Positions 28,362 through 39,423 of a DNA stretch of 64,000 bases are shown piece by piece. The stretch comes from Bdellovibrionota bacterium (GTDB lineage: Bacteria; Bdellovibrionota_C; UBA2361; OMII01). The notes under the pieces are model-generated. The model was not told the origin of the DNA. It made no database searches and was given only the letters and a program-made list of their open reading frames with translations. Location: NCBI GenBank assembly GCA_044345405.1, contig JBIJBE010000012.1, positions 1 through 64,000 on the forward strand, in the 5' to 3' direction. How positions within the stretch are numbered: position 1 is the stretch's first letter; each line of letters opens with the position of its first letter. The position numbers were made by a program, and so were the translations under genes.

Positions 28362-30815
28362 TTAGACCTGCACCCCGCTGGTAGGTGAAGCAAAAGGCTT
28401 TGTCGTACCGACGGGTGGATTGGTGGGCTCGCCAGGAACCGAGCATGTACCGTTAGAACCGCAGACCTGATTAGGCTGACAGCAATTATTTCCGGCGCTA
28501 CCCTGGCAGAGCTGGGTTCCGAGCGGACACTCGAGATTTTCGGTGCATCCTCCCGCCAACGTACCGTCTCCTGCAGTACTCCATGTACAGCCCCATCCAC
28601 TTGGACAACAAACATCACCACACGCGACTCCTCCGCAGCAGCTTCCATTTGGTAAGCAAACGGCTCCAGGATCACAACAGTTTGCCGTCTGTCCATCGGG
28701 CGAGTTGGGATCGATGCTCGGCCCTGTACAGCTCGACTTTGGATACGCACATCCATCAAGCGATTGATCGGCACAGCCAGCACTTCCGTCTGAATTCCAG
28801 ACACATCCAGTCGAACCGTTACCTGGACAGCAGATAGATCCACACATAATACCATTCGGGCACGGATTGGTTGTTGGGCTCGCTACTGTTGTCGCTGTAG
28901 CCGTAACTACAGGGGACCTCGTCGCCCCCGGAGTGGGAGTCCCCGACGAATCACACGAACCGCTTCCATCCGGACCTATAGTGCACTCCCCGTAACAGCA
29001 TATGTCGTTACACATCACCCCGTTCATGCACGGGTCTACCGTTGGGGTGCTTTCTGGAGTCGGATTAAATCGTCGGACGCATGTCGCGGTTCCATCCGTG
29101 CTGACGGTGCACTCTCCTTCACAACACGCCCCGTTACACATCACTCCCGAACATGGAGGAACGGGATCTTCAGGGGTCGGAGAGTACCGTTGAACGCAGG
29201 TCGCAGTCCCATCTTGTTCGACTGAACAGTCACCAGGACAGCAGGCGCCGTTACACATGACGCCGTTCGGACAGGGGTCCGCTGTGGGGGTGGGGGTGTC
29301 ATACGGAGTTGGGGTCGCCGTCACCGATGGGGTCGCGCTTGGGGTGCTAGTTTTTGTCGGGGTCGTTGTCGGGCTAACGCTCGCCGAAGGGGTCGCGGTC
29401 AGACTAGCTGTACCCGTTGCCGTAGCAGTGTTCGTTGCCGTTTGCGTTGGTGTGCCCGTCGCGGTTTGTGTGGGCGTAGTGGTCGCGCTCAGGGTTGGTG
29501 TGGTTGTGCGCGTAGCCGTTGGTGTATCCGTAGGGGGCATCGTTGGCGTCAAAGTGGCGGTCAATGTTGGTATATTCGTCGGTGTCCTGCTTGGGGTTTG
29601 CGTTGGTGTCGCAGTTGACGTTTCTGTCGGATTCGTGGTTGCTGTCTGTGTCGACGTAATTGTCGCGGTCCGAGTCGGTGTCGTGGCAGGTGTCGCTGTT
29701 GGCGTCGCGGTCGATGTATGCGTCACTGACTGCGTCGGAGTTACGGTTGAGGTCGCGGTTGGCGACTGCGTTGACGTTTTAGTTGGCGTCGCAGCCGCCG
29801 TAGTCGTCGAGGTACTTGTTGGAGTCTGGCTCGCCGCAACGGTAGGAGTCATGGTTACGGTATTAGTTGCTGTTTGAGTCGCCGTCTCGGTCGGAATAAT
29901 AGTAGCAGTTGCCGTGGGGGTCGTTGTTGGAGTCTTTGTGGCGGTACACGTCGGTGTCTGACTTGGCGTCGCGGTCGCGGTCTGGCTTGACGTGCTTGTC
30001 GAGGTCACGGTTGGATTCTGAGTCGGCGTGTCGGTCGCAGAGCTTGTAGCGCTCGCGGTTGACGTCGGGGTGGCGGTCGGAGTTTTCGTTGGCATGGATG
30101 TCGAAGTCTGCGTTGGAGATGCCGTTACCGTCGCCGTAGGCGTCGGTGTGCAGGGCGGCGCGATTAACGTCCGCGATGAAGGGCATGCATCGCCACCACA
30201 CTTCGCGGGGGAGATGATGTTCACAGTTATGGTGTAGGGTAGTCCACATAGGATCGGATTCGGCAAGACGGACTCGGTGTACAGACAATCCGTGGGCGGT
30301 ACCGGTTGTTGAAAGCACGTCGTGCCTCCAGCGTCAGGACAGGAGTGCTTTAAGCACTCGGTGTCGGCTGGACACACGATCGGGGGGGAATCCACACAGG
30401 TCCCGTTGCCATCGCACCGACTGTGCTGTTGGCATGCACCAGTGGCCTCACGACAAATGAAACCTGCATCTTTTGGAAAATCCCCGACCACACAAATGGC
30501 GTTCCCACCCGATTTTTCGCAAATTGACTTTGTATCCATGCACTCGCTAACGGTAACAGGGTCTGAGCAAGCGGCGCCTACCGGAATCACCTCGAGGCCT
30601 TGAAGACACCCATTTGCCAATCCAAACTGTTCAGGCCCCTGGATCATGGGAGTGGAAGGCGGCGTCGGGGGAACCTGACTTACCGTCTCAATATCCCTCG
30701 CCGTCGCTGGAATCGCACTTGAGTCAGGAACCGGCAGAGCTCCGAAAAGGAGGACTACATAAGCTAAGAAAACGAAGACGACCGACAGGTGAGAGTAACG
30801 TATCCTCATCTTCAT
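28362..30815 (-). CDS. Secreted Cys-rich and Thr/Pro-rich surface protein
   Basis: N-terminal hydrophobic helix; disintegrin-like AGFICREATGAC..CDG; ~290-aa T/P linker; repeats PCPNGVMCNGACCxGxC..DGTATC. Confidence 0.8.
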   Translation of the reverse strand: MKMRIRYSHLSVVFVFLAYVVLLFGALPVPDSSAIPATARDIETVSQVPPTPPSTPMIQGPEQFGLANGCLQGLEVIPVGAACSDPVTVSECMDTKSICEKSGGNAICVVGDFPKDAGFICREATGACQQHSRCDGNGTCVDSPPIVCPADTECLKHSCPDAGGTTCFQQPVPPTDCLYTESVLPNPILCGLPYTITVNIISPAKCGGDACPSSRTLIAPPCTPTPTATVTASPTQTSTSMPTKTPTATPTSTASATSSATDTPTQNPTVTSTSTSSQTATATPSQTPTCTATKTPTTTPTATATIIPTETATQTATNTVTMTPTVAASQTPTSTSTTTAAATPTKTSTQSPTATSTVTPTQSVTHTSTATPTATPATTPTRTATITSTQTATTNPTETSTATPTQTPSRTPTNIPTLTATLTPTMPPTDTPTATRTTTPTLSATTTPTQTATGTPTQTATNTATATGTASLTATPSASVSPTTTPTKTSTPSATPSVTATPTPYDTPTPTADPCPNGVMCNGACCPGDCSVEQDGTATCVQRYSPTPEDPVPPCSGVMCNGACCEGECTVSTDGTATCVRRFNPTPESTPTVDPCMNGVMCNDICCYGECTIGPDGSGSCDSSGTPTPGATRSPVVTATATTVASPTTNPCPNGIMCGSICCPGNGSTGCVWNSDGSAGCADQSLDGCAYPKSSCTGPSIDPNSPDGQTANCCDPGAVCLPNGSCCGGVACGDVCCPSGWGCTWSTAGDGTLAGGCTENLECPLGTQLCQGSAGNNCCQPNQVCGSNGTCSVPGEPTNPPVGTTKPFASPTSGVQV

Positions 30816-31032
30816 GATTCGAACGTAATCGTGAGAGCGCCGGGGTCCAACAAGATAAGTAAAATGACTAGAGTCATTCGCTTTTTCCCGTATCAAGGCG
30901 AGACATCGTCATGTCGCCAACAAAACTCAACAGAATTTGGAGAAATGGCACCGAGGCAAATTCGCTAAAATTAGACTTAAGAGATAACCACGCGGGAGGC
31001 GGTGTCGCAAGGCTCTCTCTACCCTACCCGGA

Positions 31033-31215
31033 TTTTCTCTGTAGGGGGGCTACTCTGTTGTTTCGTTTTTTCTCTGTAGGGGGGCTGATCTGCCCCCTCA
31101 GTTAGTACCAGCCCTGATTTTTTTCTCTGTAGGGGGGCTACTCTGTTGTTTCGTTTTTCTCTGTAGGGGGGCTACTCTGTTACTCTGTTGTTTCGTTTCG
31201 TTGTAGGGGGGCTAC
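31033..31215. repeat. Array of five TGTAGGGGGGCT(AC) motifs upstream of the transposase
   Basis: Cores at about 31040, 31075, 31128, 31162 and 31202, with recurring TCTGTTGTTTCGTT spacers. Confidence 0.85.
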
Positions 31216-31266
31216 TTCCTCCGCCTCTATCAGCAACTCTTCCCTCGTTTTCCCGAATAGCTACTC

Positions 31267-32241
31267 ATGGAGCAGAAGATGAAATACCACCCCCACGGGA
31301 GCGTTTTGTTTTGCACGTTTAGCCTCGAGGAAGGATTGCTACTTTTAGCTAATCCGTTGTGTCAGGCGATTGTGAAAAGCTGCCTTGCTGCAGCATGCGC
31401 ACTCTACCCGGTTCGAGTCTGCCATATCATTGTGGAGGCTACGCACATCCATCTAGTGCTAGTGGTCATAGACCCCGACCACGTAGAGGCATTCTTTCGA
31501 CATTTCAAAACCGAGTCAGCTCACATGATTAACCGACTCCTAGGACGAAATAAACGGACCCTATGGTGTGAGGGGTACGACAGTCCGGTCGTTCTCACCC
31601 CTACAAGAGCTTTGATAGCGATAGCGTACCTCTATGCAAATCCAGCCAAGGATAACTTGGAAACCTCCATCGAAAGGTACCCGGGGTTCTCCTCATGGAG
31701 GATGTTTCAATCAGGCAAGCTTACCCGGCAATGGAAGCGGCTCAGGCGTCCCCAGTTCACCGCTCTCACACGAGATGCCAACAACCTACGAGGATATACA
31801 AAGCTCGCTGGAGAGATCTTAGCTGCCTCAGATGAGATGCAGACGTTTACCCTTGAGCCGAACGCGTGGATGGAAGCCTTTGGCTATCAGTCACCGGAAG
31901 AACAACGGAAAATCAACGAGCAGTTAGTCGCACATATCAGGTTGCTCGAGGAGCGCGCTGAGAGGAAGAGAACGCAGGAGAAAAAGCGCGTATTCGGAAG
32001 AGAGCGCCTTATTGCGCAGGTGTTTGATACTACCCACCGCCCCCGACGCAAGGGGCGTCGAATGTGGTGCCTCTCAGAGAAGCGCAGTGTGCGTGTCGAA
32101 TTCATTATATATTTCAAAGCGCTCATGCAGAAGGCGAGAGCAGTTCGCAAGCGGTGGAAGCTAGGGGATGTTACGGTTCCGTATCCTCCTGGGTTGTATC
32201 CACCCTCTATGCCGAAGCTGGCCAACGTGCTTGCACGCTAG
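31267..32241 (+). mobile_element. HUH/Y1 tyrosine transposase, RAYT-like (IS200 superfamily), with C-terminal extension
   Basis: THIHLV (HUH), LWCEGYDS, YLYANPAK (catalytic Tyr), YPGFSSW; flanked by repeat arrays. Confidence 0.8.
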
Positions 32242-32297
32242 GCTCTCTATCTACCAGATTTTTGCGATCTCCGGTTCGCGGAGCATTCGTGTATCTA

Positions 32298-32655
32298 AAA
32301 ACCAAATTCAGACGCTCGCATTTGTCATGAGCACCCTGTCGCCGGATTGATTTGTAGCCGATTATTCTAGGCGACCTTTCACCCGATCGTCTCTTAGCCC
32401 GGGTAAAGAGAGAAAAGACCCATTCCAGGCGCTCGCATTGTCATGAACACCTTGTCGCCGGATTGATTTGTAGCCGGTTATTCTAGGCGACCTTTCACCC
32501 GATCGTCTCTTAGCCCGGGTAAAGAGAGAAAAGAGAGAAAACCAAATTCAGACGCTCGCATTTGTCATGAGCACCCTGTCGCCGGATTGATTTGTAGCCG
32601 ATTATTCTAGGCGACCTTTCACCCGATCGTCTCTTAGCCCGGGTAAAGAGAGAAA
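32298..32655. repeat. Three tandem ~120-bp repeats downstream of the transposase
   Basis: Copies 1 and 3 are identical at a 240-bp offset; copy 2 is slightly diverged. Confidence 0.9.
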
Positions 32656-32813
32656 GAGAGAAAACGCCTCTCGATGGTATTCAAAAAACCAGCTCATGAA
32701 TGATGAAATGTCACGCCTCTATGAACCCTAATCATATCCCCTAAAGAATAGGTGGCACCTTTTGGACGTGAACTCGCCACCACCACTCGACGTACGATAA
32801 GGAAGGAGTTTCC

Positions 32814-33146
32814 ATGGGGGGAGCTATATCAAATTCAGTGCATCTGTTGAATTCACTGGCTCTTGTGACAGCCGTGCTTGGGGATGAGAGGTCGGTCGTT
32901 AGATCAGTAGAGGGGCAGAGCTTCCATTTGAGTTGTTTGCCTCCTTCCTTTGGTGGTGGCTACCTTCTCAGCAGCTTTCCTGATACGCAAGGGCACACCA
33001 TAAGCTTTGAGATCGCGCCTGATGGAGTTATGAGAGGGTCTTCGGCAACAGTGGAGTACAAAGGACTTACAAGCGAAGAGGCCAAGCCTACCGAGCCCCA
33101 GATGCTCGCAATCTTACGCGCCATGCAGGATACCCGTCGTCCCTAG
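32814..33146 (+). CDS. Hypothetical protein
   Basis: 110-aa ORF with strong AAGGAG RBS. Confidence 0.55.
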   Translation: MGGAISNSVHLLNSLALVTAVLGDERSVVRSVEGQSFHLSCLPPSFGGGYLLSSFPDTQGHTISFEIAPDGVMRGSSATVEYKGLTSEEAKPTEPQMLAILRAMQDTRRP

Positions 33147-33216
33147 TGAAAAGGGAGCTAAAAGGGGACGCTTCCCTTTTTCCAAGTGCCATGTACCAAG
33201 GGGGCAGGTGCGAAGC

Positions 33217-33346
33217 CCATCCACTAGTACCCTGTTCCTTCATTCAAACTTAATGAAACGTTACTACCTGCGGAGTAAAGCTCGGAAAATCAGATAATCA
33301 GCAAGTAGTTACAAGGTTAGTTCAAGGTACAGGGTACCAGCGATAT
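33217..33346. repeat. MITE/REPIN-like element, copy A
   Basis: Ends CTAGTACCCTGTTCCTT / AAGGTACAGGGTACCAG; direct repeat of 33730..33848. Confidence 0.75.
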
Positions 33347-33413
33347 ACCAGCGATATGGCCGGCCGAAGCGTAGCGGCGGTCCGCGCCCACGCACTGGTT
33401 ACTACCAGAGAGT

Positions 33414-33662
33414 TTAGGATGGGGAACCGCTCTCCAGGTAATAGACCATCCTTTCCAATGGTTCTAGGTTTCCGCCTTGGACAAGGCTAGCCGGGCTTTT
33501 GCCTTGGAATCGTTCGTTGTCTCGAAAGAACCAGTCTTTAATCCCGCTTGCACTAACACAATCGGCGATCCTTAAATAAAGATTGGGGTCGGCATAGACT
33601 CCAAGCTCTAGATACCATCTCGGAACTTGTTCTTGAGGCCGGCTCTGAGCAGTTGGCTCCAT
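33414..33662 (-). CDS. Xre/MbcA/ParS-type antitoxin C-terminal (toxin-binding) domain protein
   Basis: WFFRDNERFQGKSPASLVQGGNLEPLERMVYYLESG matches the W..N..F.G.SP..L..G pattern; GGAGG RBS. Confidence 0.65.
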   Translation of the reverse strand: MEPTAQSRPQEQVPRWYLELGVYADPNLYLRIADCVSASGIKDWFFRDNERFQGKSPASLVQGGNLEPLERMVYYLESGSPS

Positions 33663-33729
33663 ATTCCTCCTATATCAATTTTGAAGGTCACCTTCATCAC
33701 AAGCTCCTATCCATCCACTGGTACCCTGC

Positions 33730-33848
33730 CCATCCACTGGTACCCTGCACCTTCATTCAAACTTAATCAGATGTTTATACATGCAGAGTAACGCTCGGAA
33801 AATCAAATAATCAGCCAGTAGTGACAAGGTACAGGGTACCAGCGATAT
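33730..33848. repeat. MITE/REPIN-like element, copy B
   Basis: TIR CTGGTACCCTGCACCTT / AAGGTACAGGGTACCAG; left end duplicated at 33711..33729. Confidence 0.75.
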
Positions 33849-33968
33849 CCATTCACGAGCGAAGCAAGTGAAAGAACCCTGCAGCGAAAGCACCAATTGT
33901 GTTGGGGTGAACCCCCGATCAGGGGGAGAGGGGCGAAGCCCCTGGACGCAAGCGTCGAGCGGGAAATA

Positions 33969-34044
33969 TGGTGGGCGCTGCAGGGATCGAACCTACGACA
34001 TTCAGCTTGTAAGGCTGACGCTCTACCAACTGAGCTAAGCGCCC
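33969..34044 (-). tRNA. tRNA-Val(TAC)
   Basis: GGGCGCTTAGCTCAGTTGGTAGAGCG..CTTACAA..GGTTCGATCCC..CGCCCACCA, 76 nt with encoded CCA. Confidence 0.97.
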
Positions 34045-34235
34045 GCTTTGATGACAGAAAGGGAACCTTTCCGTCGCGAGAGTGGGGAGATTACCGATCC
34101 AGGATTACAAAGTCAACTGTGGCAGCTCATGAATAACACCACAAATGTTAGGCACTTATGGAAAATTAGCCCCATCGCCGGATGGCACAATACCACCGTA
34201 CCGGTGAGAGGGGCGATTATGGAATTGAACAAAGA

Positions 34236-34279
34236 GAAAGGCCCCGAAGACTCCCCTTTCAGGAGCCTCCAGGGCCTTA
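34236..34279 (-). terminator. Probable lon terminator
   Basis: AAGGCCC..CTCC..GGAG..GGGCCTT hairpin just after the lon stop. Confidence 0.55.
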
Positions 34280-34300
34280 TCTCTTGAGGAACGGCACCTC

Positions 34301-36763
34301 TTAGTGAGCTACGATGCTCGCGCTTTGACCTTTCTCATCGCGCTGCTCGCGGTCACCTTGCTCATCCTTCTTCTTCTCATCAGCGAAGAGAAGCTCATGA
34401 CGAGCGGCGTTGGAAGCCAAGAGAGACGCGAAATCCTCAGGTCTGCGGCAACGAAGCGCCTCATACAGCACCTCATCAACGTGAGATACTGGGATGAGTT
34501 CAAGCTCGTTACGAACAGTCGCTGGGATCTCTTCGATGTCGTTCTCGTTCTCCTTCGGCAAGAGTACGCGTCGGATACCACCACGGTGCGCGGCGAGCGC
34601 CTTCTCTTTAAGTCCTCCGATAGGAAGTACGTTTCCACGAAGGGTGATCTCACCGGTCATCGCGATGTGCTTATCGATCGGAATTCCCGTAAGAGCTGAC
34701 ACGATCGAGGTAGCCATCGTTATACCAGCGGATGGACCGTCCTTCGGAATCGCTCCCTCTGGAACGTGCACGTGGATATCTACCTTATCGTAGAAGTACC
34801 TCGGCAATCCGAACACCGACGCGCGTGAGCGAACGTAGCTGAGAGCGGCTCGCGCTGACTCCTGCATCACGTCACCAAGCTTACCGGTGATTTGGAGACG
34901 TCCACGACCTGGAAGAACGGTTGTCTCGATTACGAGAAGCTCTCCGCCCTTGTCAGTCCACGCCAATCCAGTTGAGAGTCCAACCTGGTCGAGGTCCTCT
35001 GATTTTCCGAAGCGAAACTTCGGCTGTCCAAGGAACTTCGGAAGGTTCTGCGCGTTGATCTCAACAACGGTGTCCATTCCGCGCTCTACAACCTCGATCG
35101 CCGCCTTACGAGCGAGCGTCGCGACCATTCGCTCAAGGTTACGAACTCCTGCCTCGCGGGTGTAACGATTGATGATGTCAGAGTATACCTGGTCATCAAC
35201 CTTAACATTCGCGATGGTAAGCCCGTTTTCAGCGAGCTGCTTCTCAAGGAGATACTTCTTACAGATAGCGATCTTCTCAAGCTCGGTGTAACCCGAGAGA
35301 CGGATGATCTCCATACGATCCATCAACGGCTGAGGAATCGTGTGAAGTGAGTTCGCGGTCGTGATGAACATTACCTTTGAGAGATCGTAATCAGCGTCAA
35401 GGTAGTGGTCATTGAACGAGTCGTTTTGCTCAGGGTCCAGAACCTCAAGGAGCGCCGATGACGGGTCACCTCGGAAGTCAGTCGACATCTTATCGATCTC
35501 GTCGAGAAGGAACACAGGGTTGCTGGTTCCAGCCTTCTTCAAGGATTGGATAACCTTTCCTGGAAGCGCTCCGATGTAGGTACGTCGATGACCACGGATC
35601 TCAGCCTCATCACGAACTCCTCCAAGGGCGGCGCGAACGAACTTACGTCCAGTGGACTTCGCGATCGATTTACCGAGCGAGGTCTTACCTACTCCCGGAG
35701 GTCCGACGAGGCACAAGATCGGCCCACGGATCTTACCAACGAGCTTCTGAACGGCGAGGTACTCAAGGATACGCTCCTTGACCTTCTCAAGGCCGTAGTG
35801 GTCCTCGTCGAGGACCTCACGCGCCTTCTCCATGTCGATCTCCTCCTTCGAGGTTTCGTTCCATGGAAGCGAGAGCATCCAGTCAACGTAGTTACGAACA
35901 ACCGTAGCCTCTGCTGACATTGGGGACATCATCTTGAGCTTGCGAATCTCCTTCTCGGTCTTCTCACGAGCCTCTTCAGGCATGTCCTTAGATTTGAACT
36001 TGTCCTCAAGCTCTTGGATCTCGTTACGGAAGTCGTCCTTCTCACCAAGCTCTTTCTGGATCGCTCGCATCTGCTCGTTGAGGTAGTACTCCTTCTGCGT
36101 CTTCTCCATCTGCTTCTTAACGCGACTTCGAATACGCTTCTCAACTTGAAGGATCTCGATCTCAGACTTCATGTGTCCAAGGATCTTCTCAAGACGCTCC
36201 TGAGGCTCGATGCACTCAAGGATCTCCTGCTTATCTTCAAGCTTGATATTGAGCTGGACGACTATGGCGTCAGCTAGGCGAGAAGGATCCTCGATCGCGT
36301 TCACCTGCATAATCGTCTCTGGATTAACCTTCTTCCCGAGCTTCACGTAGTTCTCGAAGGTCACGTTCACAGAACGCATGAGAGCTTTAAGCTCAGTCGA
36401 AACGTCAGTGGAAATCGTGATCTCTTCAACGTCAACGAGCATGAAGTCATCCTCTCGCACGAACTTCTTAATTCGAGCGCGAGCCTTACCTTCAACAAGA
36501 ACTTTGATCGGTCCATCGGCGAGTCTGATCAGCTGAACTACCTCGCCAAGTGTTCCGATGTTGTAGATATCTTTTGGTCCAGGATTGCTTGTGCGCGCGT
36601 CTTTCTGCGCGGCGAGGAGGATATACTTGCCCTCTCTCTGAGACTCTTCGATTGCGCGCACACTCTTCTCGCGACCCACGAAGAGCGGAACCACCTGCTG
36701 TGGGAACACAACAAGCTCGCGGAGCGGAAGAAGCGGGATTGGATTGTTAAGTGGTGATTTCAT
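34301..36763 (-). CDS. lon: Lon protease
   Basis: LON N-domain, [27 protein letters not shown]. Confidence 0.98.
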   Translation of the reverse strand: MKSPLNNPIPLLPLRELVVFPQQVVPLFVGREKSVRAIEESQREGKYILLAAQKDARTSNPGPKDIYNIGTLGEVVQLIRLADGPIKVLVEGKARARIKKFVREDDFMLVDVEEITISTDVSTELKALMRSVNVTFENYVKLGKKVNPETIMQVNAIEDPSRLADAIVVQLNIKLEDKQEILECIEPQERLEKILGHMKSEIEILQVEKRIRSRVKKQMEKTQKEYYLNEQMRAIQKELGEKDDFRNEIQELEDKFKSKDMPEEAREKTEKEIRKLKMMSPMSAEATVVRNYVDWMLSLPWNETSKEEIDMEKAREVLDEDHYGLEKVKERILEYLAVQKLVGKIRGPILCLVGPPGVGKTSLGKSIAKSTGRKFVRAALGGVRDEAEIRGHRRTYIGALPGKVIQSLKKAGTSNPVFLLDEIDKMSTDFRGDPSSALLEVLDPEQNDSFNDHYLDADYDLSKVMFITTANSLHTIPQPLMDRMEIIRLSGYTELEKIAICKKYLLEKQLAENGLTIANVKVDDQVYSDIINRYTREAGVRNLERMVATLARKAAIEVVERGMDTVVEINAQNLPKFLGQPKFRFGKSEDLDQVGLSTGLAWTDKGGELLVIETTVLPGRGRLQITGKLGDVMQESARAALSYVRSRASVFGLPRYFYDKVDIHVHVPEGAIPKDGPSAGITMATSIVSALTGIPIDKHIAMTGEITLRGNVLPIGGLKEKALAAHRGGIRRVLLPKENENDIEEIPATVRNELELIPVSHVDEVLYEALRCRRPEDFASLLASNAARHELLFADEKKKDEQGDREQRDEKGQSASIVAH

Positions 36764-37309
36764 CGTTTTCTCAGATGCCTATTGGCTTTGGCTTTCCCTT
36801 CCCTTCCCTCGCAGACCGCGGGATGAGTCGGGATAAACCCGTTGATTTAACTACTAGTAACCTACAACTCACGAGCCGGCCTGGATTCCAGACTGGATCG
36901 AGTTCGGCGCATGACCGGCGTTGGTCCCTCGCTCTCCCGATGGCCCAACAGCGGCTGACCAAACAGTCACATCCCGTTTGGAACGGACCGAAGAGCCCGT
37001 AACCCTATGAGACTGACTAGAGAATCTCAGCGCCTATGAATAAGATGCTAGTCGACGCCTAGAAAAATCACAATAATGAAGCGGTAGTAGAAAGATTCTT
37101 TCTCCCGGTGAGGCTGGCATTTTCTCGATCAGCCAGGCAAGCGAACTCAACGTATGGGAAAGCTCAAAAAACTTAGATTTTTGACCGATTTTTCGGCGTG
37201 TCGCACCCTGTCGAAAAACAGCTCGCGAAAAAACAAAACGGCTTTTGAAAGCCGTTTCATGGTTCCTTATACTCTATCTCCCCAACCGATCTGAGGGGGC
37301 ATTTCGGGC

Positions 37310-38569
37310 TTACGCTGATTCGGCGTGCTGATACACGATGAGGGGTTTCTCACCCTTCGTTACCGTATCCTCGGAAACGATAACCTCTTTGATATCCGGC
37401 TCGGATGGAACCTCGTACATCACCTCAAGCATGATGGACTCAAGGATCGCTCGAAGTCCACGGGCTCCCGCTTTTCGCTCGATCGCCTGCTTGGCGACGG
37501 CAAGAAGAGCACCTTCGGTGAAACGCAACTGAACATTCTCCATCTCGAAGAGCTTCTTGTACTGCTTCGTAAGCGCGTTCTTCGGATCCACGAGGATCTT
37601 AATAAGCGCGCTCTCATCGAGGTCGTTCAACACCGCAATCATGGGGAGACGTCCGATGAATTCTGGAATGAGTCCGAACTTGAGAAGATCCTCAGGTTGC
37701 ACCTGCGCGAGGAGCGACGCTGCCTCTTTCTCCTTCGAAATCTTCTGGGTCTTTACGTGAGCGCCGAAGCCAAGCTTCTTTTCGCCAACGCGACGACGGA
37801 TGATATCCTCAAGTCCAACGAAGGCTCCTCCCACGATGAAGAGGATGTTGCTCGTATCAACCTGCAGAAACTCTTGTTGAGGGTGCTTACGACCACCCTT
37901 TGGAGGCACGCTCGCCACCGTTCCCTCAAGCATTTTGAGGAGAGCCTGCTGAACACCTTCACCGGAAACATCGCGCGTGATCGATGGGTTCTCAGCCTTC
38001 CGCGAGATCTTGTCGATCTCGTCGATGTACACGATCCCTCGTTGAGCCTTCTCAACGTCGTAGTCCGCGTTCTGAAGAAGATTGAGGATGATGTTCTCAA
38101 CGTCCTCTCCAACGTACCCAGCCTCGGTAAGAGTGGTCGCGTCGGTGATCGTGAACGGAACTTGAAGGATCCGAGCTAGGGTCTGCGCCAAGAGCGTCTT
38201 ACCCGTACCAGTTGGTCCGATCAAAAGGATGTTAGACTTCGCGATCTCAACATCGCTCTGGGAGCCCTTAATTTCAAGGCGTTTATAGTGGTTGTGTACC
38301 GCTACCGAGAGAGCGCGCTTGGCGAAATCCTGACCTACAACATACTGATCAAGGAACGCCTTGATGTCCTTGGGCTTCGGAACCTTGGACTGCGCCGGAA
38401 GAACGCTCTCGGTCTCAACCTCCTCCGCGATGATGTCATTGCAGAGGTCGATACACTCGTCACAGATATAGACTGACGGACCAGCTATGAGCTTACGAAC
38501 CTCTTCCTGCGAACGACTGCAGAAAGAACACACGAGGGTATGTCGTCCTTTGTCTCCCGACTTGCTCAT
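37310..38569 (-). CDS. clpX: ClpX (in the tig-clpP-clpX-lon cluster)
   Basis: [25 protein letters not shown] loop; synteny. Confidence 0.98.
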   Translation of the reverse strand: MSKSGDKGRHTLVCSFCSRSQEEVRKLIAGPSVYICDECIDLCNDIIAEEVETESVLPAQSKVPKPKDIKAFLDQYVVGQDFAKRALSVAVHNHYKRLEIKGSQSDVEIAKSNILLIGPTGTGKTLLAQTLARILQVPFTITDATTLTEAGYVGEDVENIILNLLQNADYDVEKAQRGIVYIDEIDKISRKAENPSITRDVSGEGVQQALLKMLEGTVASVPPKGGRKHPQQEFLQVDTSNILFIVGGAFVGLEDIIRRRVGEKKLGFGAHVKTQKISKEKEAASLLAQVQPEDLLKFGLIPEFIGRLPMIAVLNDLDESALIKILVDPKNALTKQYKKLFEMENVQLRFTEGALLAVAKQAIERKAGARGLRAILESIMLEVMYEVPSEPDIKEVIVSEDTVTKGEKPLIVYQHAESA

Positions 38570-38589
38570 CCGTCATCCTCCTTGAGGGG

Positions 38590-39192
38590 TTAGTCTTTCT
38601 TCGCCTCAACAACGCGTCGCTCGAACACATCATCGATAAGTCCGTACTCCTTCGCCTGCATCGAGGTCATAAAGAAGTCGCGGTCACTATCCTCCGATAC
38701 CTGTTTAACGGGCTTATTGCAGTGGCGCGCCAGAAGCTCTGTGAGCTCTTGCTTGATGCGCAACATCTCCTTAGCGTGGATCTCAACGTCAGAAGCCTGA
38801 CCACTAAAACCACCAAGAGGTTGGTGAATCATGATTCGAGAATGTGGGAGAGCCGCGCGCTTGCCCTTTGCTCCACCGGCAAGAAGAACAGCGCCCATGC
38901 TGGCTGCCTGTCCAACACATACGGTAGCCACATCTGGACGGATGTACTGCATCGTATCGTAGATCGCCATGCCAGCGGTGACGACACCACCTGGGCTGTT
39001 GATGTAGAGGAAGATGTCCTTCTCTGGGTCCTCGCTCTCAAGGTGGAGAAGTTGCGCGATAATGAGGTTAGCGACCATGTCGTTCACCTCGGTACCAAGG
39101 AAGATAATTCGCTCTTTGAGAAGGCGGCTGTAGATATCGTAGGAGCGCTCGCCCCGCCCTGTCTGTTCAATTACGAATGGAATATACGCCAT
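38590..39192 (-). CDS. clpP: ClpP protease
   Basis: [33 protein letters not shown]; start at ATG 39192. Confidence 0.98.
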   Translation of the reverse strand: MAYIPFVIEQTGRGERSYDIYSRLLKERIIFLGTEVNDMVANLIIAQLLHLESEDPEKDIFLYINSPGGVVTAGMAIYDTMQYIRPDVATVCVGQAASMGAVLLAGGAKGKRAALPHSRIMIHQPLGGFSGQASDVEIHAKEMLRIKQELTELLARHCNKPVKQVSEDSDRDFFMTSMQAKEYGLIDDVFERRVVEAKKD

Positions 39193-39423
39193 GGAAGAAA
39201 ACCCTTGAGATTGCGGCTTACTAGACGATGGGGAACTTAGCACGGGGCGACACCGGTAAAAAGACCTAAGTGTCCCTTCACCCAGCAAAAACCACCCCTC
39301 GCCACAACTTGGTTAGTTGAGAGAGTTATACACAATTAAAAATCGGAGGTAGCACGAAATGTGAGAAACGCGGGGAGAATCTGAAGGCTGGCGGAGTTCT
39401 CCGCCAGCCCGGAGAGGGACGGC

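Noticed and set aside
31033-31215. CRISPR array
   Set aside because: Spacers are repeated and irregular rather than unique, the core is only ~14 bp, and there are no cas genes.
32298-32655. CRISPR array or integron attC cassettes
   Set aside because: Whole ~120-bp units repeat without spacers or cassette ORFs; no integrase in the window.
18698-33968. Prophage or integrase-driven island at tRNA-Val
   Set aside because: No integrase or phage structural genes, and no direct repeat of the tRNA 3' end was found by eye.
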